Assembly: GCA_029261055.1 (NCBI GenBank)
Contig: JAJDCA010000071.1
Coordinates: 89,778-153,777 of the forward strand
DNA from: Candidatus Omnitrophota bacterium
GTDB taxonomy: Bacteria; Omnitrophota; Gorgyraeia; Zapsychrales; Zapsychraceae
Reading direction: 5' to 3'
Length of the DNA: 64,000 bases
In this document: one piece after another, positions 30,135-39,323 of the stretch
Numbering within the stretch: the first letter of the stretch is position 1
Layout of the letters: every line of letters starts with the position of its first letter
The notes under the pieces: generated by a model
Told to the model about the DNA's origin: nothing
The model's input: the letters and a program-made list of their open reading frames with translations, nothing else
Databases searched by the model: none
Made by a program: the position numbers and the translations under genes

Positions 30135-31325
30135 TCACTGTTTCTTATTAAGAATCATCACCAGCACATCTGGTCGGGATACAATAAGGGTGTTGGGGCA
30201 GGTGTTTTGGACGAGGGTTTTTAGTTCAGGGTCTTCGGTCACGAATACAGCCCAGGTATCTTGAGAGTGAGCCATCGCAGCGGGCACCATCGGGACGTCA
30301 GATTTGGTGTCGCCGCAAATCAAATTTGGGCCTTGGGCCAATTGAAGATGTAAGTCTTTATTAAGAAAATCCACAGCATCGCCTTTGTCAAAATCTTTCA
30401 ACTCGCCGGATTCATCCGCATTTTCGATCGTTAAAATAACTTCAATATCCTTACCGGTATCTTCAATACGGAAATATTTCTTTTGAGGATCAATTTTTTG
30501 AACAATGTTCGTAATAAGGTTAAGAAAGTCTTCAGACTCTTGGGCAGGAATGGTTTTAGAAATATCCTGGCGCGCAATCGTAGTTTGGCCAAATTTAAAT
30601 TGCAGGCCGGAGCCGATTAAGGTGAACATTTCATATTCCGGCTGCTTAACTAAATCGGTCAGTTGTTGATTAAAAATATCCAGTTTGCTTTGTTTGTCCG
30701 GTTCAACCGGGAATTGGTGTCGCTGGCCTTGTTTATCAAAATACTCGCGGCCTTTGGATCCGGCATAAATAAAAATATTGTCTGGTGAAACGCTGATATC
30801 GACCAGTCCGATATTATCCAGTGGGGCAGAAGTCAATATCACGGCATTGTTTACTTTTTGCGCAAAGCGTGTGAGGAATACGGCATTATAAATAGATTGA
30901 ATGGAAGAAGCATAACGACCGCAATAATTATTAACAGTACCGTCACGGTCGGTAATGAAATTTCTAAAAGAGATATCTTTTAGTCTTTCTAACCCTGCAT
31001 TAACTTCAGCAGAAAAGTCTGGATGAAGACTTTCAAGGTAAGCATAAAATTCTTCGGGTGAATGTGTGAGAAAAAAAATATCTTTTTCCAGTTCATTCAT
31101 TTCATAGCTCAGGTCTAAAGCGATTGTTTTATCTTCGGTGAGTTCGAGGTGATATTGATTATCGCGGGTATTAATATTTTTGAGGGCTGTTAATGCTTTT
31201 TCAAGAGGTTGGATATCCTCAGGGGCGATATGTTCCTTATTAAAGTGCATGTTAGTGAGCTGCTGTCGATCATTTCTTGACTGGCGCATTAGTGTGTAAA
31301 ATTCAGCAAGTGTTTGGATTTTCAT
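30135..31325 (-). CDS. HAD-superfamily sugar-phosphate phosphatase (trehalose-6-P/glucosylglycerol-P phosphatase-like)
   Basis: FITDRDGT (DxD), LTSAP, DKG and ICGDTKSD HAD motifs; substrate uncertain. Confidence 0.7.
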   Translation of the reverse strand: MKIQTLAEFYTLMRQSRNDRQQLTNMHFNKEHIAPEDIQPLEKALTALKNINTRDNQYHLELTEDKTIALDLSYEMNELEKDIFFLTHSPEEFYAYLESLHPDFSAEVNAGLERLKDISFRNFITDRDGTVNNYCGRYASSIQSIYNAVFLTRFAQKVNNAVILTSAPLDNIGLVDISVSPDNIFIYAGSKGREYFDKQGQRHQFPVEPDKQSKLDIFNQQLTDLVKQPEYEMFTLIGSGLQFKFGQTTIARQDISKTIPAQESEDFLNLITNIVQKIDPQKKYFRIEDTGKDIEVILTIENADESGELKDFDKGDAVDFLNKDLHLQLAQGPNLICGDTKSDVPMVPAAMAHSQDTWAVFVTEDPELKTLVQNTCPNTLIVSRPDVLVMILNKKQ

Positions 31326-31456
31326 TATAAAATAGTATATATGATTTGCAGGCGTAAATAAAGCCTGCGGTGTATTATTTTTTTAGAGTTGTAATTCATT
31401 TATTTTCAGGTAGTTACAAGCTTGCCGTTCGCTTGCAAATATGTTAACCTTTAAGT

Positions 31457-31779
31457 AAGCCGATAAAGGTAAACCTGGGGAAACCCGGGGGCCCCGTGTA
31501 CCGCGTTGGACGCATGACCTAGAATCTTTCGGGGTTTTAGGCTGCATCACGAAGGGTACGGGCAACCAGAATCCTGAGAGATTTTGGCCCCAAAGTACCA
31601 CGTAGGGCATGGGCGCGAGTCTAATAGGGCTCGTTGACAAAACCACAGACCTAAAATGTCTAAGACCGGGAAGGCCCGAAGGAATGGGCACTAACAGATC
31701 AGAATGGGTTGAGGGGCAAAATGGTGGCTGGGTTGCCGAAGAGCGGTGGGGAGACATCCCATCTTTATCGGCTTTTTTT
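31457..31779 (+). ncRNA. Expanded c-di-GMP-I (GEMM)-like riboswitch RNA with two large structured insertions and a terminator
   Basis: GATAAAGGTAAACCTGGG-GAAA-CCCGGG-GGC, 144-nt insert, ACAAAACCACAGACCTAA, 66-nt segment, ATGGTGGCTGGGTTGCCGAA, hairpin and T7. Confidence 0.75.
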
Positions 31780-31852
31780 CCTTTAATTTTGTGAACTTAT
31801 CTTGTATAGTACCAACTTCCCAAATAATAAACACGTTTAAAAATCGATAATT

Positions 31853-32881
31853 ATGAGTTTTTCTTATATTCAAAAAATACCTACAGTCGCCGAACTTATC
31901 GAAGAAATTCCGATGAGTGAGGATCTTAAGAAAGTTAAACAAGAACACGATAAAGCTATTCAGGATATTATCAGTGGGCGAAGCGATAGATTTTTAATTA
32001 TTGTCGGTCCTTGTTCTGCTGATAATGAGGATGCGGTGTGTGAGTATGTGGCCCGATTAGCCAAACTTCAGGATAAGGTCAAAGAGCGTTTGGTGCTTGT
32101 GCCACGCGTTTATACCAATAAACCCCGCACAACAGGAGAAGGCTACAAAGGAATGGCACATCAGCCTGACCCCAACGAAGATCCCAACATTGTGGAAGGT
32201 TTAAAGGCCATTCGAAACATGCATGTCCGTATTTTAAAAGATTCGGGCTTGTCTGCGGCGGATGAAATGCTTTATCCCGGCAATTATCCTTTGCTGGCCG
32301 ATGTATTAAGTTATGTCGCTGTTGGGGCGCGTTCTGTTGAAAATCAGCAGCATCGTTTGACCGTCAGTGGTCTTGATGTACCTGTGGGCTTAAAGAATCC
32401 TACGAGTGGTGATTTGACTGTTTTATTAAATTCTCTTCAAGCGGCCCTGGTCCCGCATGTATTTATCTACAACGGCTGGGAAGTTAAGACATCGGGAAAT
32501 CCATTGGCCCATTTGATTTTACGCGGCGCCACTGATCATTTTGGAAAAAATATTCCTAATTATCATTATGAAGATTTGATGCAGCTTTTAGATATGTCCG
32601 CCAAACGAAATTTTGTGGAGCCAGCCATTGTGGTTGATGTAAATCATGCCAATTCTAATAAGACATTCAGCGAGCAGCCCCGGATTGCTTTGGAAGTGAT
32701 GCAGAGTCGACAAAAATCTGATCGATTGAGAAAAAGTGTGCGTGGCCTTATGATCGAAAGTTATTTAGTAGAAGGCGCTCAAAAAGTCGGTGGAACAATA
32801 TGTGGCCAGTCCATCACCGATGGTTGTTTGGGCTGGGAAGACTCCGAAAAATTACTCCTCGAATTAGCGGATCAAGCCTAA
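31853..32881 (+). CDS. aroF: DAHP synthase, class I
   Basis: IVGPCS, RVYTNKPRTTGEGYKG, VGARS, GLKNPTSG, HANSNK, SITDGCLGWE. Confidence 0.93.
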   Translation: MSFSYIQKIPTVAELIEEIPMSEDLKKVKQEHDKAIQDIISGRSDRFLIIVGPCSADNEDAVCEYVARLAKLQDKVKERLVLVPRVYTNKPRTTGEGYKGMAHQPDPNEDPNIVEGLKAIRNMHVRILKDSGLSAADEMLYPGNYPLLADVLSYVAVGARSVENQQHRLTVSGLDVPVGLKNPTSGDLTVLLNSLQAALVPHVFIYNGWEVKTSGNPLAHLILRGATDHFGKNIPNYHYEDLMQLLDMSAKRNFVEPAIVVDVNHANSNKTFSEQPRIALEVMQSRQKSDRLRKSVRGLMIESYLVEGAQKVGGTICGQSITDGCLGWEDSEKLLLELADQA

Positions 32882-32897
32882 TCGTCAATTCACAAAA

Positions 32898-33203
32898 ATG
32901 TCCTTCGATGAACAACGATATCAATCCTTACAAGAGAAGAAATTAAGAGAGTGGGAAGCCTTGTGCGGACGCTGCGGAGCCTGCTGCGGTAGTGTTGAAG
33001 GCGATCCTTGCGAACATCTTATTGCCTTAGGGCAAGGCCAGTATGCCTGTGCCATTTATAAAAATCGCTTCGGCCTGCACAAAACCCTGAGCGGAAAACT
33101 TTTCAACTGTGTCCCCATCCGCAACATCCTTTTCAAATCCTGGCCCGGCGACGACTGCTGCGGGTATAAACAGCCTTCTAGTTATACTAAATCCATTAAA
33201 TAA
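32898..33203 (+). CDS. CxxCxxCC (YkgJ-like) cysteine-cluster protein
   Basis: WEALCGRCGACC, PCEHL, CAIYKNR. Confidence 0.8.
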   Translation: MSFDEQRYQSLQEKKLREWEALCGRCGACCGSVEGDPCEHLIALGQGQYACAIYKNRFGLHKTLSGKLFNCVPIRNILFKSWPGDDCCGYKQPSSYTKSIK

Positions 33204-33288
33204 TTTCCTAGAATTAATTCAACTTTTCTCGAATGCTTCTACAAGAATAGTTGAATTAAATTAGAGGAGTTATTTAATGGAATTAGTA
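33185..33288. mobile_element. MITE-like 104-bp element with long imperfect terminal inverted repeats and a TTA direct repeat on each side
   Basis: TACTAAATCCATTAAATAA...TTATTTAATGGAATTAGTA; extended arms 33176-33229 and 33244-33297 match at 43/54 by manual count; TTA at 33182-84 and 33289-91. Confidence 0.65.
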
Positions 33289-33498
33289 TTAGTAGAAATT
33301 TCTTCGATAGTGCGAAAGAATTTGTTGCGGTATTTATCGACAAGGCTCACATCATCAATAGGCTGTAATCCACCTTCGATAAAAATATTTTTAGTATGAA
33401 GTATACCCGATGGATATAGTTGATGCCAAAATTTTTTAGTCGTGCATTGGTTTGCGGCTGGAAGTTGTGGTATGTTATACTTTGTAATGTATATAGGG

Positions 33499-33585
33499 GG
33501 AATAAGAAGTAGAGGTGTAGAGAGGTAAGATAAAAGAAAGTATGTTTTTTCTTTATTTTTTGCTTCTTATTCCTTTGCTTCTCTT
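33499..33585. repeat. Second purine/pyrimidine inverted repeat related to 21511-21606
   Basis: GGAATAAGAAGTAG/TTGCTTCTTATTCC arms; shares AGAGGTAAG and AGAAGTA units. Confidence 0.55.
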
Positions 33586-33601
33586 AAAAAAGGGGGTTGA
33601 T

Positions 33602-34156
33602 ATGATCGTTGTTTGGGTAATTTTAGGAGTGATCCTTTTGACAGCTTTTTGGGGGATTGGGATTTATAATGGTTTGGTGCAGTTGAGGGAGAATGTTAAG
33701 AATGGGTGGTCGCAGATCGATGTGCAGTTAAAGCGGCGGCATGATTTGATTCCGAATTTGGTGGAGACTGCCAAAGGGTATATGAAACATGAAAATAGTA
33801 CTCTGGAAGGCGTGATTAAGGCCCGGCAGCAGGCAGTGGATGCTAGTGGGTTTAAGGATAAACAAGAGGCAGAGAATTTTTTGTCCGGTACGTTACGGAG
33901 TTTATTTGCCGTTACAGAGAATTATCCGGATCTTAAAGCTGACCGGCAGATGATGCAAGTGCACGAAGAACTAACCAGCACGGAAAATAAGATTACGTTT
34001 GCCCGGCAGTATTATAATGATGAAGTCAATCGGTTGAATACTGCGGTTCAATCTTTTCCGGATAATGTGATTGCCGGTAACTTTAACTTTAAAAAGGAAG
34101 AGTTTTTTGAAATAGAAGATCCAGCTGAAAAATCTGTTCCTAAGGTTAAATTTTAG
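33602..34156 (+). CDS. lemA: LemA-family protein
   Basis: WSQIDVQLKRRHDLIPNLV, ENYPDLKA, ENKITFARQYYN; RBS favours the ATG at 33602. Confidence 0.95.
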   Translation: MIVVWVILGVILLTAFWGIGIYNGLVQLRENVKNGWSQIDVQLKRRHDLIPNLVETAKGYMKHENSTLEGVIKARQQAVDASGFKDKQEAENFLSGTLRSLFAVTENYPDLKADRQMMQVHEELTSTENKITFARQYYNDEVNRLNTAVQSFPDNVIAGNFNFKKEEFFEIEDPAEKSVPKVKF

Positions 34157-34164
34157 GCCGTCTT

Positions 34165-35868
34165 ATGGCTTATTCATTCACGCAAATAGAAAAAGACAAA
34201 ACTAGAACGATCGGTTTTGTCTTTTCTTTTTTGGTGGGATTTTATTTCCTGTCTATTTTATTTATTGTTCTTTTAGTCAGCAATTTTGTCCAATTTCAGG
34301 TAGCCGCAAACAGTCATTCTTCGTCTTTTCATTTCATATTTTTAGATTTTGCCAAGACCGGTATGGTTTTTGGTGCAGCCTTGATCATCGGATTTTGTCA
34401 CTGGCAATATACGACAACGACATTAATTTCTAAAATTATTAAAGTGCTGCAAGCTGAGCCTTTGGATCCAAAGGATACTTATCACCAAGTGTTTCAGAAT
34501 ATTATTGAGGAAGTGTCTGTGGCTACAGGCGGACAAAAAATGCAGGGAGTTGTGCTTCCCACGATGGCAATGAATGCCTTTGCGATCGCAGATTTTAAAG
34601 GGCAGGCGATTATCGGAGTTACCGAAGGTATGCTGGCAAGGTTATCACGGGCACAGTTAGAAGCTGTTGTCGGACATGAGGCAGCGCATATTGTCTCCGG
34701 AGATAGTTTGATTACGAGTGTCACTACGTCCTTGTTTGAAATGTACAGTGGTATGTTAGAAGGTATTGCACACGTATTGAAAAGCACGACGCAAGCCTCT
34801 TCGCGGGGACGTGGACGCGGCAGTGGCGGTATTTTAGTATTGCTCGTTTTGATTTATTGTTTGTTGTCGATCACAAAATTGATGAGTCAGCTTTTGCGCA
34901 TGTTTCTTTCTAGAGAAAAACATTATCGTGCTGACGCGGTCGCAGTGCGTCTAACGCGCGATCCTTTAAGCCTGGCCGAAGCCTTGTATGCGATAGTGCA
35001 TCATTGGCGAGGTGCCGGTCTTCCTGCCGAGGAATTAGAAGCGATTTTTATTGTGAATCCTGCATTTCTTGATAGAGATGAAAAGACTGGTTTATTAGCA
35101 GATTTATTTTCCACACACCCTCCGTTACAACGCCGGTTACAGATTTTATTAAATATGGCGCATAGCGATATTCAGATCGTTGTGAATAAAGTCAAAAATA
35201 TGAAACAGAAGCCGAGGGTAGCTGTACCCGAGGCTAAAGTAAATTCTACACAATGGATGGTGAATAAAGAAGGACAGTGGCAAGGCCCGTTTGATATTGT
35301 TCAGATGATGTCTTTTGGCTGGGTTCAGCCGGAGACGTGGATACAGCGTGTTGGCGGCGGTGAAGCGAGTGTCCAAATGGCATATCAAGATAAAGATGTC
35401 GGTGTTCAGATTGCAAAAGGAAAAGTTGACGGAGGGGGAGTAGGAAGAGATCAATGTCCTAAATGTCGTACGACACTAAATACGGTGATCTACGAAGGTT
35501 TAGAAATTCAAAAATGTCATTGTTGCCAAGGCGTGCTTCTTTATGAAAAAGATGTGCAGAAAATTATCGTGCGGCAAGAAGTTGGATTTTCGCCAAGGAT
35601 CGTCAAAATAGCGGAAGGTGTGAAAAAAGAAAGTAACATGATTAGAAAAGGAGCGGCGCGAGGTCAACCCCGAATGGATGCAAAGAGTTTATATGATTGC
35701 CCAGAATGCACTGACTTTAAACGAAAAATGCTGAGGGTATTTTATAGTGACCTTTATCGTATTGAAATTGATAAATGTCTCTATTGTAAACGCATGTGGT
35801 TTGATAAAGATGAATTAGAAATTCTTCAATGCCTTATTGAAGATAAGGTTAATCAGCAGAGAAAATAA
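34165..35868 (+). CDS. HtpX-like M48 Zn-protease with a GYF-like domain and two C-terminal zinc ribbons
   Basis: NAFA, HEAAH, FSTHPP; W.V..EGQWQGPF; CPKC/CHCCQG and CPEC/CLYC..WFD..EL. Confidence 0.85.
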   Translation: MAYSFTQIEKDKTRTIGFVFSFLVGFYFLSILFIVLLVSNFVQFQVAANSHSSSFHFIFLDFAKTGMVFGAALIIGFCHWQYTTTTLISKIIKVLQAEPLDPKDTYHQVFQNIIEEVSVATGGQKMQGVVLPTMAMNAFAIADFKGQAIIGVTEGMLARLSRAQLEAVVGHEAAHIVSGDSLITSVTTSLFEMYSGMLEGIAHVLKSTTQASSRGRGRGSGGILVLLVLIYCLLSITKLMSQLLRMFLSREKHYRADAVAVRLTRDPLSLAEALYAIVHHWRGAGLPAEELEAIFIVNPAFLDRDEKTGLLADLFSTHPPLQRRLQILLNMAHSDIQIVVNKVKNMKQKPRVAVPEAKVNSTQWMVNKEGQWQGPFDIVQMMSFGWVQPETWIQRVGGGEASVQMAYQDKDVGVQIAKGKVDGGGVGRDQCPKCRTTLNTVIYEGLEIQKCHCCQGVLLYEKDVQKIIVRQEVGFSPRIVKIAEGVKKESNMIRKGAARGQPRMDAKSLYDCPECTDFKRKMLRVFYSDLYRIEIDKCLYCKRMWFDKDELEILQCLIEDKVNQQRK

Positions 35869-35897
35869 TGGCGTATTCATGGTTATCTTATTTTTTG

Positions 35898-35941
35898 AAT
35901 CGCCAAGTTTGACGAGTTTACAATCGTCAAACTTGACGATT
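35898..35941. promoter_or_regulatory. Tandem 20-bp palindromes (operator-like), together forming an 18-bp-arm inverted repeat
   Basis: AATCGCCAAGTTTGACGAGT and AATCGTCAAACTTGACGATT at a 24-bp period. Confidence 0.6.
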
Positions 35942-36218
35942 ATTCATAAATATATTAAATATAAATGGTTATGTTAAATATTTATAGCTTGAGGTTTAGG
36001 TTATATTTTTTACCGCATAGGAAATTATAAAATTTTCTATCGGTAGCAAGAATGTGACTTAGGGTATCTCCGTAGGCGATTTTCTTGAATAAAAGACGAG
36101 AATATACACCTCAAAGAAATGACCAGATAATGGATTTTTTTGATTTGGATAGCGCTTTACTTTTGGTTTTGCTATAATCTTAGAAATTTAATTTATAAAT
36201 AATAAACGGATAGTATGA

Positions 36219-37358
36219 ATGAGGGTAACAATACAACCTAAAATGTTACGCTGGGCTGTTGAACGTTCTGGCAAAACAAGTGAAAATATTTCAAAAAAAT
36301 TCCCAAAGTACGATTTTTGGTGCCGTGGTGAAGTAAATCCAACGTTTAAACAATTAGAGAATTTTGCTAAAAGTACTTATACTTCAATAGGCTTCTTTTT
36401 TCTTCAGAATCCACCTGTTGAAAATGTTCCTATACCTGATTTTCGCACCGTTGGTAATAATTCCATTGGTCAACCAAGTCCAGATTTGCTTGATACTATT
36501 TACATGTGTCAACAACGACAAGAGTGGTACCGAAATTATCTACGTTCAATTGGGGGGCAGGTTTGTCTTTTTGTTGGCTCTGCTAAGAAAACAAATAAAG
36601 TCAAAAAGATTGCTGCTGACATAAGGGATGCACTTGGATTTAATATCGAAGAACGTCGACAAATGAAAACATGGACTGATGCCTTACGAGGTTTTATCGA
36701 ACAAGCGGATAATCTTGGTATTTTAGTAATGGTTAACGGTGTGGTTGGTAATAACAATACACGTAAGCTTGACCCACAAGAATTTCGAGGTTTTGCTTTA
36801 GCTGACCATATGGCACCGCTTGTTTTTATTAATGGCGCTGATACTAAAGCTGCTCAAATGTTTACACTTGCTCATGAATTAGCACATATTTGGCTTGGGC
36901 AATCTGGAGTTTCTGATGCTCAGGCTGTGCAAATACCAGAAAACAGCATTGAACAATGGTGTAATCTTGTGGCCGCTGAATTGTTGGTGCCGCTTGATAT
37001 GGTAAAGAAGGAATATCAAAAAAATAATCTGTTAAAGGATGAGTCTAGCCGTCTTGCTCGATATTTTAAAGTTAGCACCTTAGTTGTTCTTCGTCGGATT
37101 TATGATTCCGGTGGACTCACAAAAGATCAATTTTGGCAGGCTTATCATGAAGAAATAGAGAGGTTGACAACTCTTAAATCTGGAACTGGTGGAAACTTTT
37201 ATTTGACACAAGCCGCTCGTGTCAGTAAACGTTTTGCGCGTGCTCTTGTTGTTAGCACGCTTGAAGGGCAAACTTTGCATCGTGATGCTTTTCGTATGCT
37301 TGGATTTTCAAAACTTGAAACTTTTAAAGACCTTGGACGAAGTTTGGGGGTTAATTGA
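36219..37358 (+). CDS. HTH + ImmA/IrrE-family Zn metallopeptidase
   Basis: N-terminal Xre-like HTH (PTFKQLENFA), PDFRT, FRGFAL, FTLAHELAH, E.WCN.VAAELL.P. Confidence 0.92.
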   Translation: MRVTIQPKMLRWAVERSGKTSENISKKFPKYDFWCRGEVNPTFKQLENFAKSTYTSIGFFFLQNPPVENVPIPDFRTVGNNSIGQPSPDLLDTIYMCQQRQEWYRNYLRSIGGQVCLFVGSAKKTNKVKKIAADIRDALGFNIEERRQMKTWTDALRGFIEQADNLGILVMVNGVVGNNNTRKLDPQEFRGFALADHMAPLVFINGADTKAAQMFTLAHELAHIWLGQSGVSDAQAVQIPENSIEQWCNLVAAELLVPLDMVKKEYQKNNLLKDESSRLARYFKVSTLVVLRRIYDSGGLTKDQFWQAYHEEIERLTTLKSGTGGNFYLTQAARVSKRFARALVVSTLEGQTLHRDAFRMLGFSKLETFKDLGRSLGVN

Positions 37359-37861
37359 TGGTATATTTGCTTGATGCTAATGTTTTTATACAGGCAAAAA
37401 ATCTCCATTATGGACTTGATTTTTGTCCAGCATTTTGGGAGTGGTTGATACAGAGAAATCAAGAAAAGAAAATATTCAGCATTGAGAAAGTCGGAGATGA
37501 GATTGATGCTGGAGGGGATGAGCTTTCTGACTGGGCTATCAAGCGTGGGCCAGGTTTTTTTCTTTATCCAGATGAAAGGATTCTTTCCGTGCTTGGGCAG
37601 GTTAGTGCTTGGGTTACAAATCAAAACTATGAACCTGCTGCTATCAATACATTTCTTCAAAATGCAGATTATTATATTGTGGCCCACGCTCTTGCGCATG
37701 GATATGCGGTTGTAACTCATGAGGTTGCTGCTGCCAGCACAAAAATAATAAAAATTCCAAATGCCTGTATTGGTCTTGGGGTTAAATGTATGACACCGTT
37801 TGAAATGCTGCGTCATGAAAAAGCACGTTTTGTGTTAGCAGGGCGTTTGCATAGTCGATAA
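37358..37861 (+). CDS. DUF4411-family PIN-domain protein
   Basis: YLLDANVFIQAKN.HY..DFCPAFWEW, ADYYIVAHA, VVTHE, KIPNAC. Confidence 0.88.
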   Translation: MVYLLDANVFIQAKNLHYGLDFCPAFWEWLIQRNQEKKIFSIEKVGDEIDAGGDELSDWAIKRGPGFFLYPDERILSVLGQVSAWVTNQNYEPAAINTFLQNADYYIVAHALAHGYAVVTHEVAAASTKIIKIPNACIGLGVKCMTPFEMLRHEKARFVLAGRLHSR

Positions 37862-37884
37862 TAAATATATTACAATATTCCACT

Positions 37885-38184
37885 ATGAGTGAAAAATTTA
37901 TTCGGGTTTATAAAAAATATGATGTGAGCAAGATTAAGCCGCATTTGATGATTTATGGGGATTTATCGGCTAGTTGTGCCAATTGCAATCATATGGGGGT
38001 TAAGCTTGAGAATGTGCATTGTCCGGAGTGCAATACAGAGTTTAAGTATATTTCTTTCCGTAATATTCGAGTCCACATGCCAAAATTACAAAAACTCATC
38101 GAACAGCGTCCTGTGGCCATCGTTGATTATGATGACTATCAGAAAAATGTCGGCGCTTCCAAAGCAGAGGATTTCTTTAAATGA
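37885..38184 (+). CDS. Hypothetical zinc-ribbon protein
   Basis: CANC...CPEC; translationally coupled to the next gene. Confidence 0.7.
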   Translation: MSEKFIRVYKKYDVSKIKPHLMIYGDLSASCANCNHMGVKLENVHCPECNTEFKYISFRNIRVHMPKLQKLIEQRPVAIVDYDDYQKNVGASKAEDFFK

Positions 38185-39323
38185 TTGATAAAAAACGTTT
38201 GATCACTTTAACTCAAAAAGTGATTGGGATTAATTCTGAAAACCCGCCGGGCAATGAATTAGCTTTGGCCAAATTTATTGAGCGCGATATGAAGGCGCTT
38301 GGCCTTGAGGTGAAGACGTATACGTATGCGAAAAATCGTCCGAATATTGTAGCCACGCTTAGAGGGACTCTTTCAAGGCGAGAGGCGGCCAAACAAGCCA
38401 TTCTTATTACGCCGCATTTTGATACTGTCCCTATCGGACAAGGATGGAAATATGATCCGCTTGGCGGTGAAGTCGTCAACGGCAAGCTGTACGGTCGTGG
38501 TGCTACAGATGATAAGGGGAACTTGGCGAGTTGTATGGAAGTGATGCGGAGTTTGGTTGAGGATAAGGTTCAGTTAAAAAAAGATGTGGTGATGGCAGCG
38601 ACCGTGGATGAAGAGACGGGAAGCCACGAGGGTATTATCCCTTTATTGGATAAAAAGGTGTTGAAGCCAGGGTTTGCCTTGGTGATGGATTCAACGGAAT
38701 TTGACGCGGTGACGGCCCAAAAAGGATTGATTCACGGGCGTATTCAAATTTTTGGTAAGAAGGCGCACGGTGCGTACAATTGGCGTGGTGTGAGTGCGAT
38801 TGAACTTGCCGCCAAGGTGATTACAAAACTTAAGCAGATAAAGTTCCCCCACAAAAAACACAGTTTATTGCACGGGCCGACGATGAATATCGGCGTCATT
38901 CAGGGGGGCGATAAGGTGAATATGGTGTGCGACCTTTGTGAGTTTGCCTTTGATATGCGCTTTATGCCGGGAATGAATTCAGCCAGTGTTTTAAAGAAGA
39001 TGAAAGAGGTTATAAAAAGTGTGACGCCAAAATTTAAGTTAGAACTCGATGATGTACAATTGCCTTATGAAATCAATCGGGATGATTCACGCGTTAAATT
39101 GTATTTAGAAATTGCACGTCAAATGGGAAATCAGGCGGTTGTCAAAGGGAGTGAAGGCGCGACCGTGATTACTTTATTTAAGAAACATAAAATTCCGGCC
39201 TTTGCCACAGGATTTGGGGCACACGGCACAGCGCACACGAATGATGAATATATTTTCGTCAAATCTCTTTATCGGGGAACACAAGTATTGGAAGAGTTTA
39301 TTAAACAATACGATCTTTTATGA
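38181..39323 (+). CDS. M20 peptidase/deacylase (ArgE/DapE family)
   Basis: HFDTVP, YGRGATDDKG, DEETG, GKKAHG, AHTNDE. Confidence 0.92.
   Translation: MIDKKRLITLTQKVIGINSENPPGNELALAKFIERDMKALGLEVKTYTYAKNRPNIVATLRGTLSRREAAKQAILITPHFDTVPIGQGWKYDPLGGEVVNGKLYGRGATDDKGNLASCMEVMRSLVEDKVQLKKDVVMAATVDEETGSHEGIIPLLDKKVLKPGFALVMDSTEFDAVTAQKGLIHGRIQIFGKKAHGAYNWRGVSAIELAAKVITKLKQIKFPHKKHSLLHGPTMNIGVIQGGDKVNMVCDLCEFAFDMRFMPGMNSASVLKKMKEVIKSVTPKFKLELDDVQLPYEINRDDSRVKLYLEIARQMGNQAVVKGSEGATVITLFKKHKIPAFATGFGAHGTAHTNDEYIFVKSLYRGTQVLEEFIKQYDLL

Noticed and set aside
31457-31779. tmRNA, RNase P, 6S, SRP or group I intron identity for the large RNA
   Set aside because: No tRNA-like ends or tag ORF, no GAGGAAAGTCC P4 motif, not a simple rod, and no P7 core recognised; an Infernal search is still needed
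31383-31948. ORFs 31383-31757(-), 31609-31794(+) and 31691-31948(-)
   Set aside because: They arise from the GC-rich structured RNA or overlap aroF and have no protein-like features
33176-33297. Integron attC site
   Set aside because: No RYYYAAC/GTTRRRY core boxes at the ends and no integrase; the TIR plus TTA duplication fits a MITE better
33270-33498. Stop-free minus-strand frame (..IFIEGGLQPIDDVSLVDKYRNKFFRTIEEIS..) and a 40-aa plus-strand ORF at 33276
   Set aside because: No clear start or recognisable homology; possibly a gene remnant but unsupported
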